NCBI GenBank assembly: GCA_965644295.1
Contig: CBFFRP010000329.1
Coordinates: 1-64,000 of the forward strand
Direction of reading: 5' to 3'
Source: Paraphysomonas bandaiensis
Lineage: Eukaryota; Protista; Chrysophyceae
Length of the DNA: 64,000 nucleotides
The notes beneath the pieces were generated by a model. It worked only from the letters and a program-made list of their open reading frames with translations, was not told the DNA's origin and did not search any database. The translations under genes were made by a program, and so were the position numbers. Below, one piece after another: positions 1 to 9,665 of this stretch (the stretch's first letter is position 1; every line of letters begins with the position of its first letter).

Positions 1-846
1 TGCATATTCTATGTTATACTTATTAAGATGGGGTAACGAGCTATGATGTACCTACACACTGAATCAACGTTCAGGTGTGATGTCCACTTTATCTGCTGAT
101 GGTGACTTCACGCAATGTGAAACCTGCCACAAATTTATAATAAAGTTATGTGGGTCAGTATTCCAGTGTAGCAGTTGCAGTGTATACTTCCATAGGAATA
201 CGTACTGGTATTACCCATACTACCCTATAGGGGGGCAAGTACATATCACATCAAGGGTGAATGGATATTATATACTCGAGGTGCACGAGAGTTCATACCA
301 GACTCAGTGGGGAATCAATTGTGACATGCAATACCTGGTATTCAGGGTTGTATTTACGTATAATCTGGATATTAGGGATTTTGGGTTCTTGAATGCTAAA
401 ATACACCAAAGTGGCGGTATACTGTTTTTGTAAGGGAATTTAGGTAGAAAGTAAAACGTAGGATGTAGTGTACTATTAGTATGCGGTTATACGTTGCTCC
501 TAGGTTGCTGTGTGTATTCAGTTTATAGAATAAACACGTTTCTGTGGGTAGTGATGACGTTGCAGGGTGTTGTGATGTTGTTGAGGAGTAGGAGTGGGTG
601 TAACATGTATGCTATGGTGTTATGCACTTGTTTAGGCTTAACCGAAGTGCTTGGTGCCAACGATCTTGTTGCACTGGCGGTGTTCCTTGCGTGGTGATAC
701 TTGGCGGGTATCATTTACTGAGCATTAGGTTTTTCCTAGAGCAGTCAAAACATAATTAATTATACATTGTTTTCACACTTGCGTGTTTGTGTGCTATACC
801 TGTACTGCGAGCCGTGGTTCTGGTTATCAAACCGGGTTACGTCATA
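1..846 (+). repeat. 5' LTR of element A (first ~145 bp lie outside the window)
   Basis: Matches 7318-8163; ends ...GTCATA. Confidence 0.95.
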
Positions 847-1205
847 GTAAATATTTACTTATTTGCTCGCACAAGAATTCTTGTGATTAATTCTTGATAC
901 ACATCATTTAGATAGACCTGTCTGTGTGCCTTGCTTGTGTGCGTTGTGCAGGGGTGTCTTGTGTCAGTGTGTTGAGTGGTGTCTTGGTGTCTTGGTGGAT
1001 TCTTACGCAGGGCTGTGGATTTGTCAGTTTCTTCCGGGGGACTTGGGACTGGATTTGAGTTATTTCATTGAGACCTGTGAGCGAATTTAAATTCCCTCCT
1101 TGTCGATCTTTGTTAGTCTCTGAAGCCAAGGGAGCTGCGTAACTCTGAGGTGAAAAATCGTGTGGGTATATAAACTAAAGAGTGTAACAGCAACTAAGGT
1201 GGAAG

Positions 1206-3014
1206 ATGCAAACTCCCGTTGGTAGGAGTAGCCCTAAGAGCCACTCTGGTTCTGAAGGCAGTGTTAAGGAGGATCTAGAGCCTTCAATGCTCGAAATCAT
1301 TCTTGCACGTTTCGATGCCTTGGAAAGGAAATTCGATACGAGAATAGATGACTTAACGTTCAGAGTCACGCGACTCGAAGAGCGAGCCTCACGTAGAGGT
1401 ACACCTGTCGGCTCTAGAGCGCCGAGCCCCACGATTTTAAGGGAAGATCAAAATATCCCAGGGGCAGATGAATCAGTTACGAAAGGAACACCTACTGTTC
1501 CTGACACGTTGCCGAAACCGGTAAAGAAACGTGATACAAGGAGATACTCTACTCTGCATAATTTAGCGGAGCACTATCGCACTCCTTGGCGGGATGAGTC
1601 TGTAAGAGAATTGTTGGAGGAGGAAGATACTTCTACTGCTCAGTCAAATGGCAATGCTGAGGAAGATGGTGATCAGCAGGTGGCTTCTGAATTCCCTACT
1701 AGAACTCAAGCTTTGTTAGGAGGCAAGAAACCTGGGAAGCTGTTCAGGGAATTGAAAAAGAATGCCAACCTTCCAAATGTGCAACAGACTGTTGTAATGC
1801 GTGAGGAAAGGACTTGCAAAGTTCGTATCAATGAACTAAAGCTTTCTAAAGTGGCTAGAGCTGTCAAACAAATCTTGGATTTTCAAGAAGAGGAACAGAC
1901 CACTGTGCGTCTACAAAAGGTTGTTTCTGGTGAACTAAGAGATCATCTAAGAGAAGTGTATCATCTCGGTCATGCGGAGATTTCAGAGATGGATTTGTCC
2001 GACCTACTGCGTGTAATAGCCAAGGAAACTCGGGTTTTTAATTGTGTGGGATTCTATGAGGAGCTACGAGATTCTCTTAGACACATAAAGATTATGGAGT
2101 GGAGGAAAGTGACAACTGTCACGTTCGAACAGTTTTACTTCCAACAGTTGAAACTTATTGATTTGTTTCGAACCATGTTATCCATAATGCTGGAGTTTAA
2201 TAAGGATTGGTGTCCCAGAGTAGATGACAAAGAATATGGGCTCGTAAGACTATTCAAAAACTTGAACGATAGGGATTATGTTCGTTATGTCTTTGGGTGC
2301 ATGAATAAACTACAGTTTGACACGATGAACGAGTTCTTTGATGAATTTACGGCCATTTTAGTAGATCATTATCAGATTTGCTTAGCAGCTCGTCAGTTAC
2401 CGTTTGAGGCTAACATTGAGGCTAAAAACAAACTTGATGAGTACAACAAACGGAAAAGGGATTTGTTTTCCAAGAATAATGAGAAACTTCCGTCTCCGAT
2501 GCGGTCTACTTCTTACAAGGACTATGATCATCGGAATAACAGAGATTCACATGCTCTCACTCACATTGATGGATATGTTTCTGATGATTCGGATTTTGAT
2601 CGAGGTCCGGAGCAGATAAATCTCGAATACCCTAGTTCTTCAGATGATGAAGAGGGTAACGTGGATTTACGTCGTGGCTCAGCCAAGGACGTTACTTCAT
2701 CGCAGGATCTGGAACCTGATCCTACAGCAGTTGTTAATGAGCAAGAGGTTTCTTTTATGGCTTCTTCTCAGGATAAACCTGCTGGTGATACGGGTTCGAG
2801 AGTTGAGAAATTCGGTTGCCTGAGGCAGATGTTGTATGGAAAATGCAACAAGCCACAGTGCAAATACAACCACAATTCTCAGTGCTTGAGAACCTCGGCT
2901 GTTGAGATGAGGGATAAGCTCAATGCTTTCCTGAAGGCTGAGGATGGTTCCACTGGTAGAACCAATCCAACTTCTATCTTGAGAAGGGATCGCTTCGGCG
3001 ATTCCCGACCTTGA
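1206..3014 (+). CDS. gag: Gag of element A, with N-terminal coiled coil and C-terminal CCCH zinc finger
   Basis: 602-aa ORF between LTR and pol; CLRQMLYGKCNKPQCKYNH. Confidence 0.88.
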   Translation: MQTPVGRSSPKSHSGSEGSVKEDLEPSMLEIILARFDALERKFDTRIDDLTFRVTRLEERASRRGTPVGSRAPSPTILREDQNIPGADESVTKGTPTVPDTLPKPVKKRDTRRYSTLHNLAEHYRTPWRDESVRELLEEEDTSTAQSNGNAEEDGDQQVASEFPTRTQALLGGKKPGKLFRELKKNANLPNVQQTVVMREERTCKVRINELKLSKVARAVKQILDFQEEEQTTVRLQKVVSGELRDHLREVYHLGHAEISEMDLSDLLRVIAKETRVFNCVGFYEELRDSLRHIKIMEWRKVTTVTFEQFYFQQLKLIDLFRTMLSIMLEFNKDWCPRVDDKEYGLVRLFKNLNDRDYVRYVFGCMNKLQFDTMNEFFDEFTAILVDHYQICLAARQLPFEANIEAKNKLDEYNKRKRDLFSKNNEKLPSPMRSTSYKDYDHRNNRDSHALTHIDGYVSDDSDFDRGPEQINLEYPSSSDDEEGNVDLRRGSAKDVTSSQDLEPDPTAVVNEQEVSFMASSQDKPAGDTGSRVEKFGCLRQMLYGKCNKPQCKYNHNSQCLRTSAVEMRDKLNAFLKAEDGSTGRTNPTSILRRDRFGDSRP

Positions 3015-6000
3015 TGGAAGGACCATTGCGTGCGGGGAGCGCAGGATGTCAGTGTAGTTAATGGGTGTGACGGGGATGACGATTGTTGCTTACAATTTGA
3101 AGAGTCTACATTCACGGCGGCATTGTGTTCTGTGCAAACCGAGGGGCAAGCTAAGCTGTATGCTTGTTTTCCTAGTACGCGAAAAATGACATCAGCACAT
3201 ACTGTAGCAAGGCTAATAATGAACAATAATTTGAGAGAGAATTCGGAAAAATTGATCACCGTACTTTGCGATACGGGAGCGCTTTCAGCCAACTACGTGT
3301 CTAGGGGTCTGGTTGAGAGTTTAATGCCAGAGCTAAACCCCGAATTTTTATACGATGCGAATCATAGAGTAGTATTGGCGGATAGTACTACTATAAAAAC
3401 AGTCACACAAGGAGTCAGACTCAATCTTTTGTTGGCTGACCCTTATGGAAAACAGTATCAGTTCAAAGGGGATTTCCTAATTATTGACATGAAACATAAT
3501 GATGTCATACTTGGATTGCCGGCACTTACTGGTACTTTGTATCCCTTTATGTGTGAATTGATGAGGCATGCTTTTGAACAAACATCTTATGAGATAGAAA
3601 GCGATACCAAGAAGATTTCGAGTCATGATTTGTCTGGCTTAGAGCATGGACAAATAGTGGAACCATGGTCTAAAGCGAGTACTCAAATTGCACCGGAGGA
3701 AGAGGATTCCGAATTGCCGGTTCAATTTAAAGAAGCTTTGGTATTCTTAGGAAAGACTAGAGCGGAAGCTTTGAAAGACTATGAGCAGTTGTTGGAGACC
3801 CATGTTAGTAGTGAGATGAAGGAACAAACAAATGTGATGCATCTCCTACGAACTAAAGCGGTTAAAGTCTTTGTACCAGATGAGTGGTCTGGTGTAAAGG
3901 GTGTTGAACCTTTAAAAATTAAGTGGAAAGATACACTTCCGGATCGGATCAAACCCAAAGCGAGGCCTATTAACCCGAAGCTATGGGAAGCATCAGAGAA
4001 AGAATTTCGTCGTCTGTGTGGGTATTTTTACCGGAAGAGTAGATCGCCATGGGCTTCTTGCCTTGTAGTAGCGCCCAAGGCTACACCTCCTTACATTCGA
4101 TTTTGTGGGGACTACGTTAAGATAAATGATCATATGCATGTGGGAAACTACACTATTCCCAATGTCAAACATGAACTTGACAAGATCATTAATTTTCCAT
4201 ATTATTTGGATATAGATCTTACAAATGCGTTTCATCAAATACCTTTGGATGAGGAAACTTCCGAGAAATTGTCCATTCAAACGCCATGGGGACAGTTTGC
4301 ACCTAATTTCATGCCAGAGGGTATAGCACCTGCTACTGGTGTACTGCAAGAGGTTGTTCGGGAGATATTTGCTGATTTTTCAGACTGGGCCATCGTCATT
4401 TTTGATAATATGCTAATACTAGCCAACGATCCCCAGGATGCTTATGAAAAGTTGGAACGAGTTATTGACAGATGTCTGGAGAGAAACATAAAGTTGAAAA
4501 TGGCTAAGAGCTGGCTTGGTTTTAAAAAGGTTAATTTTTTTGGATATGTGTGCAAACACAAATCGTATGAAGTGTGTCCGGATAAAAAGGAAGCGCTGGC
4601 AAACATACCCATGCCATCATCGACTAAACAAGCTAGATCTCTGCTAGGCAAGGGAGTTTTCTTTTCCAGCTTCACGCCAAAGTACTCTGACTTAGTAGGT
4701 CATCTAACGGACCTCACCAAGAAATCTTTCAATTGGAATAAATCTACTTGGCGTCATGATTATGAAGCTGAGTACAAACGTTTCATAAAAGGTTTACAAG
4801 ATGCTTGTGAGCTCTTCTACCCTGATTATGAGTTAGAGTGGATTTTACGGACTGATGCAAGTGAGCTAGGTATAGGTTCTGTACTACTACAACGGAAGAT
4901 ATTACCGTCAGGAGAAGCTCAATTGCAACCTATTGCCTTTATCTCTAAAAAGTTTTCAGAGCAAGCAATGAAATGGGCTACTATAGAGCAGGAGGGCTAT
5001 GGTATCTACTATTCGGTTAAACAGCTAGCGTATTACTTAGTTGGAAAGCAGTTTACAATAGAAACAGACCATAACAATTTGCTCTGGATGGAAGCGTCTG
5101 AGGTACCAAAAATTGTTAGATGGAGAATATTCTTGCAATCATTCAATTTTAAAATCCGACATATTTCGGGAGCACAGAATTGGTTAGCAGACTGGTTATC
5201 CAGGGAACACCAACTGGCTTATCTGTCGGGCATGTTCTTGGATGATTCTATGTGGGATGATGCCTATTTTCTGGGAGAGGACTGTCAGGATTCTGAGTAT
5301 TTCTCATTCCTAGGAAATTTTATGGACCCGTCGGATCTCAGTGACCAAGAACAACCTTCCATGAATATATCTCGTGAGGAATGCTTGCGTGAGGTACACA
5401 ACTCTCGCGTGGGTCATCTTGGAGGGAAAGCTACTTGGATTCGTCTCAATAAACGTTTTCCAGGGCATGGAATACCATATCAGGTGGTAGCAGAATATAT
5501 ATCCAACTGTCCAACTTGCGTAAAAACCCGGTTAGCCATGAAGGAAGCACTTATTCCCATAGTGCGCAACCTAAAACCACCGGGGGCTCGCAGTGCTATT
5601 GGAATTGATGCAGTGGAGATTACTCCACATGGCAAGGACGGTTACACTCATATCAATGTGATAGTGAACCTTCACACAAAGCTCGTTTTTCTGGAACCAG
5701 TAAAAGGAGTAACGGCTTTGAATTTAGCGAATACTGTGTGGAAGTATTGGTCCTATTACGGTCACACGGATGTCGTGATTTCAGACCAGGGTCCGGATTT
5801 AACTTCGGATCTATTCCAACAGCTAACGGAATACATGGGAATGCGCCATACGTTCAGTATAGCCAACCGGCATGCGAATGGCTCAGAACGTATCATAGGT
5901 GAGGTAGTACGTCACCTACGAGCTCTAGTATATGATGCTAGCGAGCGTCAAGAGCGCACAGATGTTTTTGAAGATCCTAGCTGGATCGCCAGTGTCCAAC

Positions 6001-7001
6001 ACATTCTTAACTCTGAAGTGTCATCTGAGACGGGTTTCTCACCATTCGAGTTGACTTTTGGATCGGAGGATAAGCGTTATTTTAACGTGGACACCGACTC
6101 TCTTTCCCAGGATGCGCATGCACGACTTAAACGTTTTAATGATAACCTTCGTGAGCTCAGGGCAGCTTCGCATGCTTATCAACAGCGTCTTGTGCAAGAG
6201 CGGGCTAGCCAAGGTATACCGGCCGACAAGCAGAACAGATATCAGCCGGGAGATCTTGTTTTGTTCGACAAGGGTGCTAAAGTACATCCTAAGATGTCTC
6301 ACCGTTATATGGGTCCTTTCAAAGTCATATCTCAATATAAAAATGACATTGATTGCAGACATTTGGTGACAGGACAAGTTGTGAAAGTCGATGTGCGGGA
6401 GGTTAAACTTTTTGCGGGTGATCAAGACACAGCGTATAACATGGCTTGTAGAGACCATGAACAGCATGTGATTGACACGATTCTATACTACAGAGGTGAT
6501 AGAGACACCAGAACCTCTCTAGTTTTCACTGTGAAATTTCAGGATGGTGATGTTCGTGACATTCCATTCAGTAAGGATATTTTTGACTCTATTCCATATG
6601 CCGATTTCTGTTCTAAGAAAAGATATTTATATCATCTTATTTATCCGGTTAAAGAGGCAAAGGAATATATTGCAAAAATCCGTAAGCAGCCTATCACTAG
6701 TTTTCAGCCAGGTGATGAGGCTTATGTTGACTTAAGAGTTTTCGGGGACCTGTGGTATGAAAGCCTGGAGTTACCGGATTCTCATTTTATTACTTATGTT
6801 GCACGTTTTGTCTTCACACATTGGTATCATAAAAGTTCCAAACGGATACTCTCAACTAAAAATGTGATGACTAAACAAACTTTCCGACTTGATAATTACC
6901 ATATCCATTGTTTTGCCCATAAAGATTTTGATTCTTCTACAATGGTCTTGGTAGACGAGGAATTTGCCAGCAAATTTCCACAAGTTAATCAGTCGGTATA
7001 A
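3015..7001 (+). CDS. pol: Pol of element A (protease, RT, RNase H, integrase, GPF, degenerate chromodomain), in frame with gag after one TGA
   Basis: LCDTGA (PR); DIDLTNAFHQI and IFDN (RT); TDAS/EQE/TDHNNL/ADWLSR (RH); H-H-CPTC plus IGID/SDQG/SERII (INT); YMGPF; VIDTILYYRG...FTVKF. Confidence 0.96.
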   Translation, partial: WKDHCVRGAQDVSVVNGCDGDDDCCLQFEESTFTAALCSVQTEGQAKLYACFPSTRKMTSAHTVARLIMNNNLRENSEKLITVLCDTGALSANYVSRGLVESLMPELNPEFLYDANHRVVLADSTTIKTVTQGVRLNLLLADPYGKQYQFKGDFLIIDMKHNDVILGLPALTGTLYPFMCELMRHAFEQTSYEIESDTKKISSHDLSGLEHGQIVEPWSKASTQIAPEEEDSELPVQFKEALVFLGKTRAEALKDYEQLLETHVSSEMKEQTNVMHLLRTKAVKVFVPDEWSGVKGVEPLKIKWKDTLPDRIKPKARPINPKLWEASEKEFRRLCGYFYRKSRSPWASCLVVAPKATPPYIRFCGDYVKINDHMHVGNYTIPNVKHELDKIINFPYYLDIDLTNAFHQIPLDEETSEKLSIQTPWGQFAPNFMPEGIAPATGVLQEVVREIFADFSDWAIVIFDNMLILANDPQDAYEKLERVIDRCLERNIKLKMAKSWLGFKKVNFFGYVCKHKSYEVCPDKKEALANIPMPSSTKQARSLLGKGVFFSSFTPKYSDLVGHLTDLTKKSFNWNKSTWRHDYEAEYKRFIKGLQDACELFYPDYELEWILRTDASELGIGSVLLQRKILPSGEAQLQPIAFISKKFSEQAMKWATIEQEGYGIYYSVKQLAYYLVGKQFTIETDHNNLLWMEASEVPKIVRWRIFLQSFNFKIRHISGAQNWLADWLSREHQLAYLSGMFLDDSMWDDAYFLGEDCQDSEYFSFLGNFMDPSDLSDQEQPSMNISREECLREVHNSRVGHLGGKATWIRLNKRFPGHGIPYQVVAEYISNCPTCVKTRLAMKEALIPIVRNLKPPGARSAIGIDAVEITPHGKDGYTHINVIVNLHTKLVFLEPVKGVTALNLANTVWKYWSYYGHTDVVISDQGPDLTSDLFQQLTEYMGMRHTFSIANRHANGSERIIGEVVRHLRALVYDASERQERTDVFEDPSWIASVQHILNSEVSSETGFSPFELTFGSEDKRYFNVDTDSLSQDAHARLKRFNDNLRELRAASHAYQQRLVQERASQGIPADKQNRYQPGDLVLFDKGAKVHPKMSHRYMGPFKVISQYKNDIDCRHLVTGQVVKVDVREVKLFAGDQDTAYNMACRDHEQHVIDTILYYRGDRDTRTSLVFTVKFQDGDVRDIPFSKDIFDSIPYADFCSKKRYLYHLIYPVKEAKEYIAKIRKQPITSFQPGDEAYVDLRVFGDLWYESLELPDSHFITYVARFVFTHWYHKSSKRILSTKNVMTKQTFRLDNYHIHCFAHKDFDSSTMVLVDEEFASKFPQVNQSV

Positions 7002-7151
7002 AGTGTTCCTACTCTACAATTTACGATGTGAAATTTTTCAGTATTCTCCGAATTACATCTATAATATGATAATAATACTCCATGGTGGTTCGTTTGGATG
7101 GCTATTTCAAACCTAGTCCCATTGACATGTGTGCGACCATGGATTTCTCAC

Positions 7152-7172
7152 AAAAACGAGGGGGGGAGGCAG
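7152..7172 (+). promoter_or_regulatory. Polypurine tract of element A
   Basis: AAAAACGAGGGGGGGAGGCAG directly before the TGTGAC LTR start. Confidence 0.9.
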
Positions 7173-8163
7173 TGTGACCACGTGGCATTTCCTATGCCCT
7201 ATCTACGTGGCTATAGTACCAGAACTGCATGCATTGCCCATTCAGGACCCTGTGATATTAGTTTAGGACCCTATATCAAGAACATTATATCATCAGGACC
7301 CTATACCATGTCTAGGATGCATATTCTATGTTATACTTATTAAGATGGGGTAACGAGCTATGATGTACCTACACACTGAATCAACGTTCAGGTGTGATGT
7401 CCACTTTATCTGCTGATGGTGACTTCACGCAATGTGAAACCTGCCACAAATTTATAATAAAGTTATGTGGGTCAGTATTCCAGTGTAGCAGTTGCAGTGT
7501 ATACTTCCATAGGAATACGTACTGGTATTACCCATACTACCCTATAGGGGGGCAAGTACATATCACATCAAGGGTGAATGGATATTATATACTCGAGGTG
7601 CACGAGAGTTCATACCAGACTCAGTGGGGAATCAATTGTGACATGCAATACCTGGTATTCAGGGTTGTATTTACGTATAATCTGGATATTAGGGATTTTG
7701 GGTTCTTGAATGCTAAAATACACCAAAGTGGCGGTATACTGTTTTTGTAAGGGAATTTAGGTAGAAAGTAAAACGTAGGATGTAGTGTACTATTAGTATG
7801 CGGTTATACGTTGCTCCTAGGTTGCTGTGTGTATTCAGTTTATAGAATAAACACGTTTCTGTGGGTAGTGATGACGTTGCAGGGTGTTGTGATGTTGTTG
7901 AGGAGTAGGAGTGGGTGTAACATGTATGCTATGGTGTTATGCACTTGTTTAGGCTTAACCGAAGTGCTTGGTGCCAACGATCTTGTTGCACTGGCGGTGT
8001 TCCTTGCGTGGTGATACTTGGCGGGTATCATTTACTGAGCATTAGGTTTTTCCTAGAGCAGTCAAAACATAATTAATTATACATTGTTTTCACACTTGCG
8101 TGTTTGTGTGCTATACCTGTACTGCGAGCCGTGGTTCTGGTTATCAAACCGGGTTACGTCATA
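7173..8163 (+). repeat. 3' LTR of element A (991 bp, TGTGAC...GTCATA)
   Basis: Starts after the PPT; imperfect 6-bp terminal inverted repeat; duplicates 1-846. Confidence 0.93.
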
Positions 8164-9293
8164 GCCCATGCACAGGTTTTGCGGGTGCAGTCACCTTTAT
8201 GAAGATTACCGCATATCCAACATGCTTCCTTAGTATCAGTTGTTGCTTTAGTACTTGAGGATGAGCTGGAGGATGAAGTTTTTGTAGTCTTAGACTTGTT
8301 AGACTTAGACGTTTCTTTGGAATCCAATTTAGTTTCCATCCTCTTTACTTTTCTCACAGCTTGACTATAGTCATTGTTAAGCTCTCGCACCTTTCTACAG
8401 AATGCTCCGAAATCTTTTGGTGCAGATTGACCTTGGCCTATATCCGCTATAAATTTCTCTTTGGCATCCTTTCTGAAGGAATGTCCGCCCACAAGTTTAA
8501 TGTTTTTCTTGAGGGTTTTGACTATGGTATCCGAGGCTACCTCTGTGAGACTTGCCTCCGGAATGAGCTTATAAAGCTCATTCAGACGTCCATATTCTTT
8601 TAAGAATACTTTAGGAACATGAATATCCACCTTAACCTTTGGTCCAATGATATTATCTATGAACCTAGGAAGAGGCTCCAATGTATCAGAGTATCGCTCC
8701 TCTTCCTCTAGAAAGGCTTGCTTTAACCACTGAATCAATTCCTCAGTAGTTACAATGTTTGGATCTAGCCAGTCCTCGTCAGACTCATCTCCAAAATCCT
8801 GCTGTCGCTGAAACTGAAGCATATCACGCACTGTTGGTGCCATGATTTCTGACCTTATGAATTTTGTCCCTTTAGGATCTCTTTTCGAGAGATTTTCACA
8901 AAATTCGATGATATCCTCATCTTGCACACTACCTAAGTAGGGAATAGAGTCGGTATTGATTACTTCATGTGGAGTGGATTCCGTCGCAATGACTTCATTC
9001 AAGTCAATACGCTCACTCCTGTTGGGGTGCGGATCTCCACTCCTTTGCTTCTTTCTCTTTGGTTGAGAAGAAGAGAGCTCACGAAATGATACTCCACTCA
9101 ATTCTCCTTCCGCCTCTACTGATGTTTCAGTTTGAGGAGAAGATTGCATTTGAGATGATGTTGTTGCATCTCTTGCTCGTTTCCGAGAGGATTCTCTCTC
9201 TCTTTTCGTCTTTTTAGACGAAGAACCCGAAGCAGCTAACAATTCCTCTATTTGAGGAGCTGCTTTTATTTTGCTTCTCTTACTTTCCCCCAT
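8164..9293 (-). pseudogene. Gag-like ORF of element B, truncated by insertion of A
   Basis: Basic N-terminus, helical core, CWICGNLHKGDC knuckle, then runs into LTR A. Confidence 0.75.
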
Positions 9294-9437
9294 AATATTG
9301 TTATATCACAGAGATTGAGTACTACTTATTAAGTAATATTACTGTGGGCTTGCATACATATGTGTATGTGTGCAAAGCAATACCCAAGTACAGAAGTACA
9401 AAATAATGATTATTATCGTATAATGAATCATGAATAC

Positions 9438-9520
9438 TAATACTGTCTACAATATCAACGGCTAATAATACTGTCTACAATATCAACGGCTAATAATACT
9501 GTCTACAATATCAACGGCTA
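9438..9520. repeat. 3 x 28-bp tandem repeat within LTR B
   Basis: TAATACTGTCTACAATATCAACGGCTAA x3 (last copy 1 nt short). Confidence 0.95.
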
Positions 9521-9665
9521 TTGCTAATCCCAACAACAATCACATTCCCTACAGTTTGTATTCCTAACTACATGGTACACGTATACAATACAGTACTGTA
9601 CTACTAATCATATAATACAGGACATGTACACGTATATATTCTATATGTAAGTGGATAGTCCTACA

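Larger units (their letters stand above)
1..8163 (+). mobile_element. Ty3/gypsy LTR retrotransposon A (5' LTR truncated by window start), apparently intact and young
   Basis: Direct repeat 1-846 = 7318-8163 (offset 7317; identical ORF translations and spot checks); gag and pol in PR-RT-RH-INT order; PPT before the 3' LTR. Confidence 0.97.
8164..9665 (-). mobile_element. 5' part of gypsy-like LTR element B (LTR 9343-9665 plus gag), interrupted by element A
   Basis: Minus-strand LTR TGTAGG...CCCACA; gag-like ORF broken at the element A boundary just after a zinc knuckle; pol not in window, so the superfamily is inferred. Confidence 0.75.

Noticed and set aside
77-714. Short ORFs in LTR A, duplicated at 7394-8031
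   Set aside because: They lie inside the LTR and have no recognisable motifs; the duplication just reflects LTR identity
3012-3014. Genome-wide UGA reassignment to explain the in-frame TGAs in two elements
   Set aside because: Host ORFs appear to end at TGA (16243 minus, 19038 plus), conserved Trp sites use TGG, and no host exon needed a TGA read through
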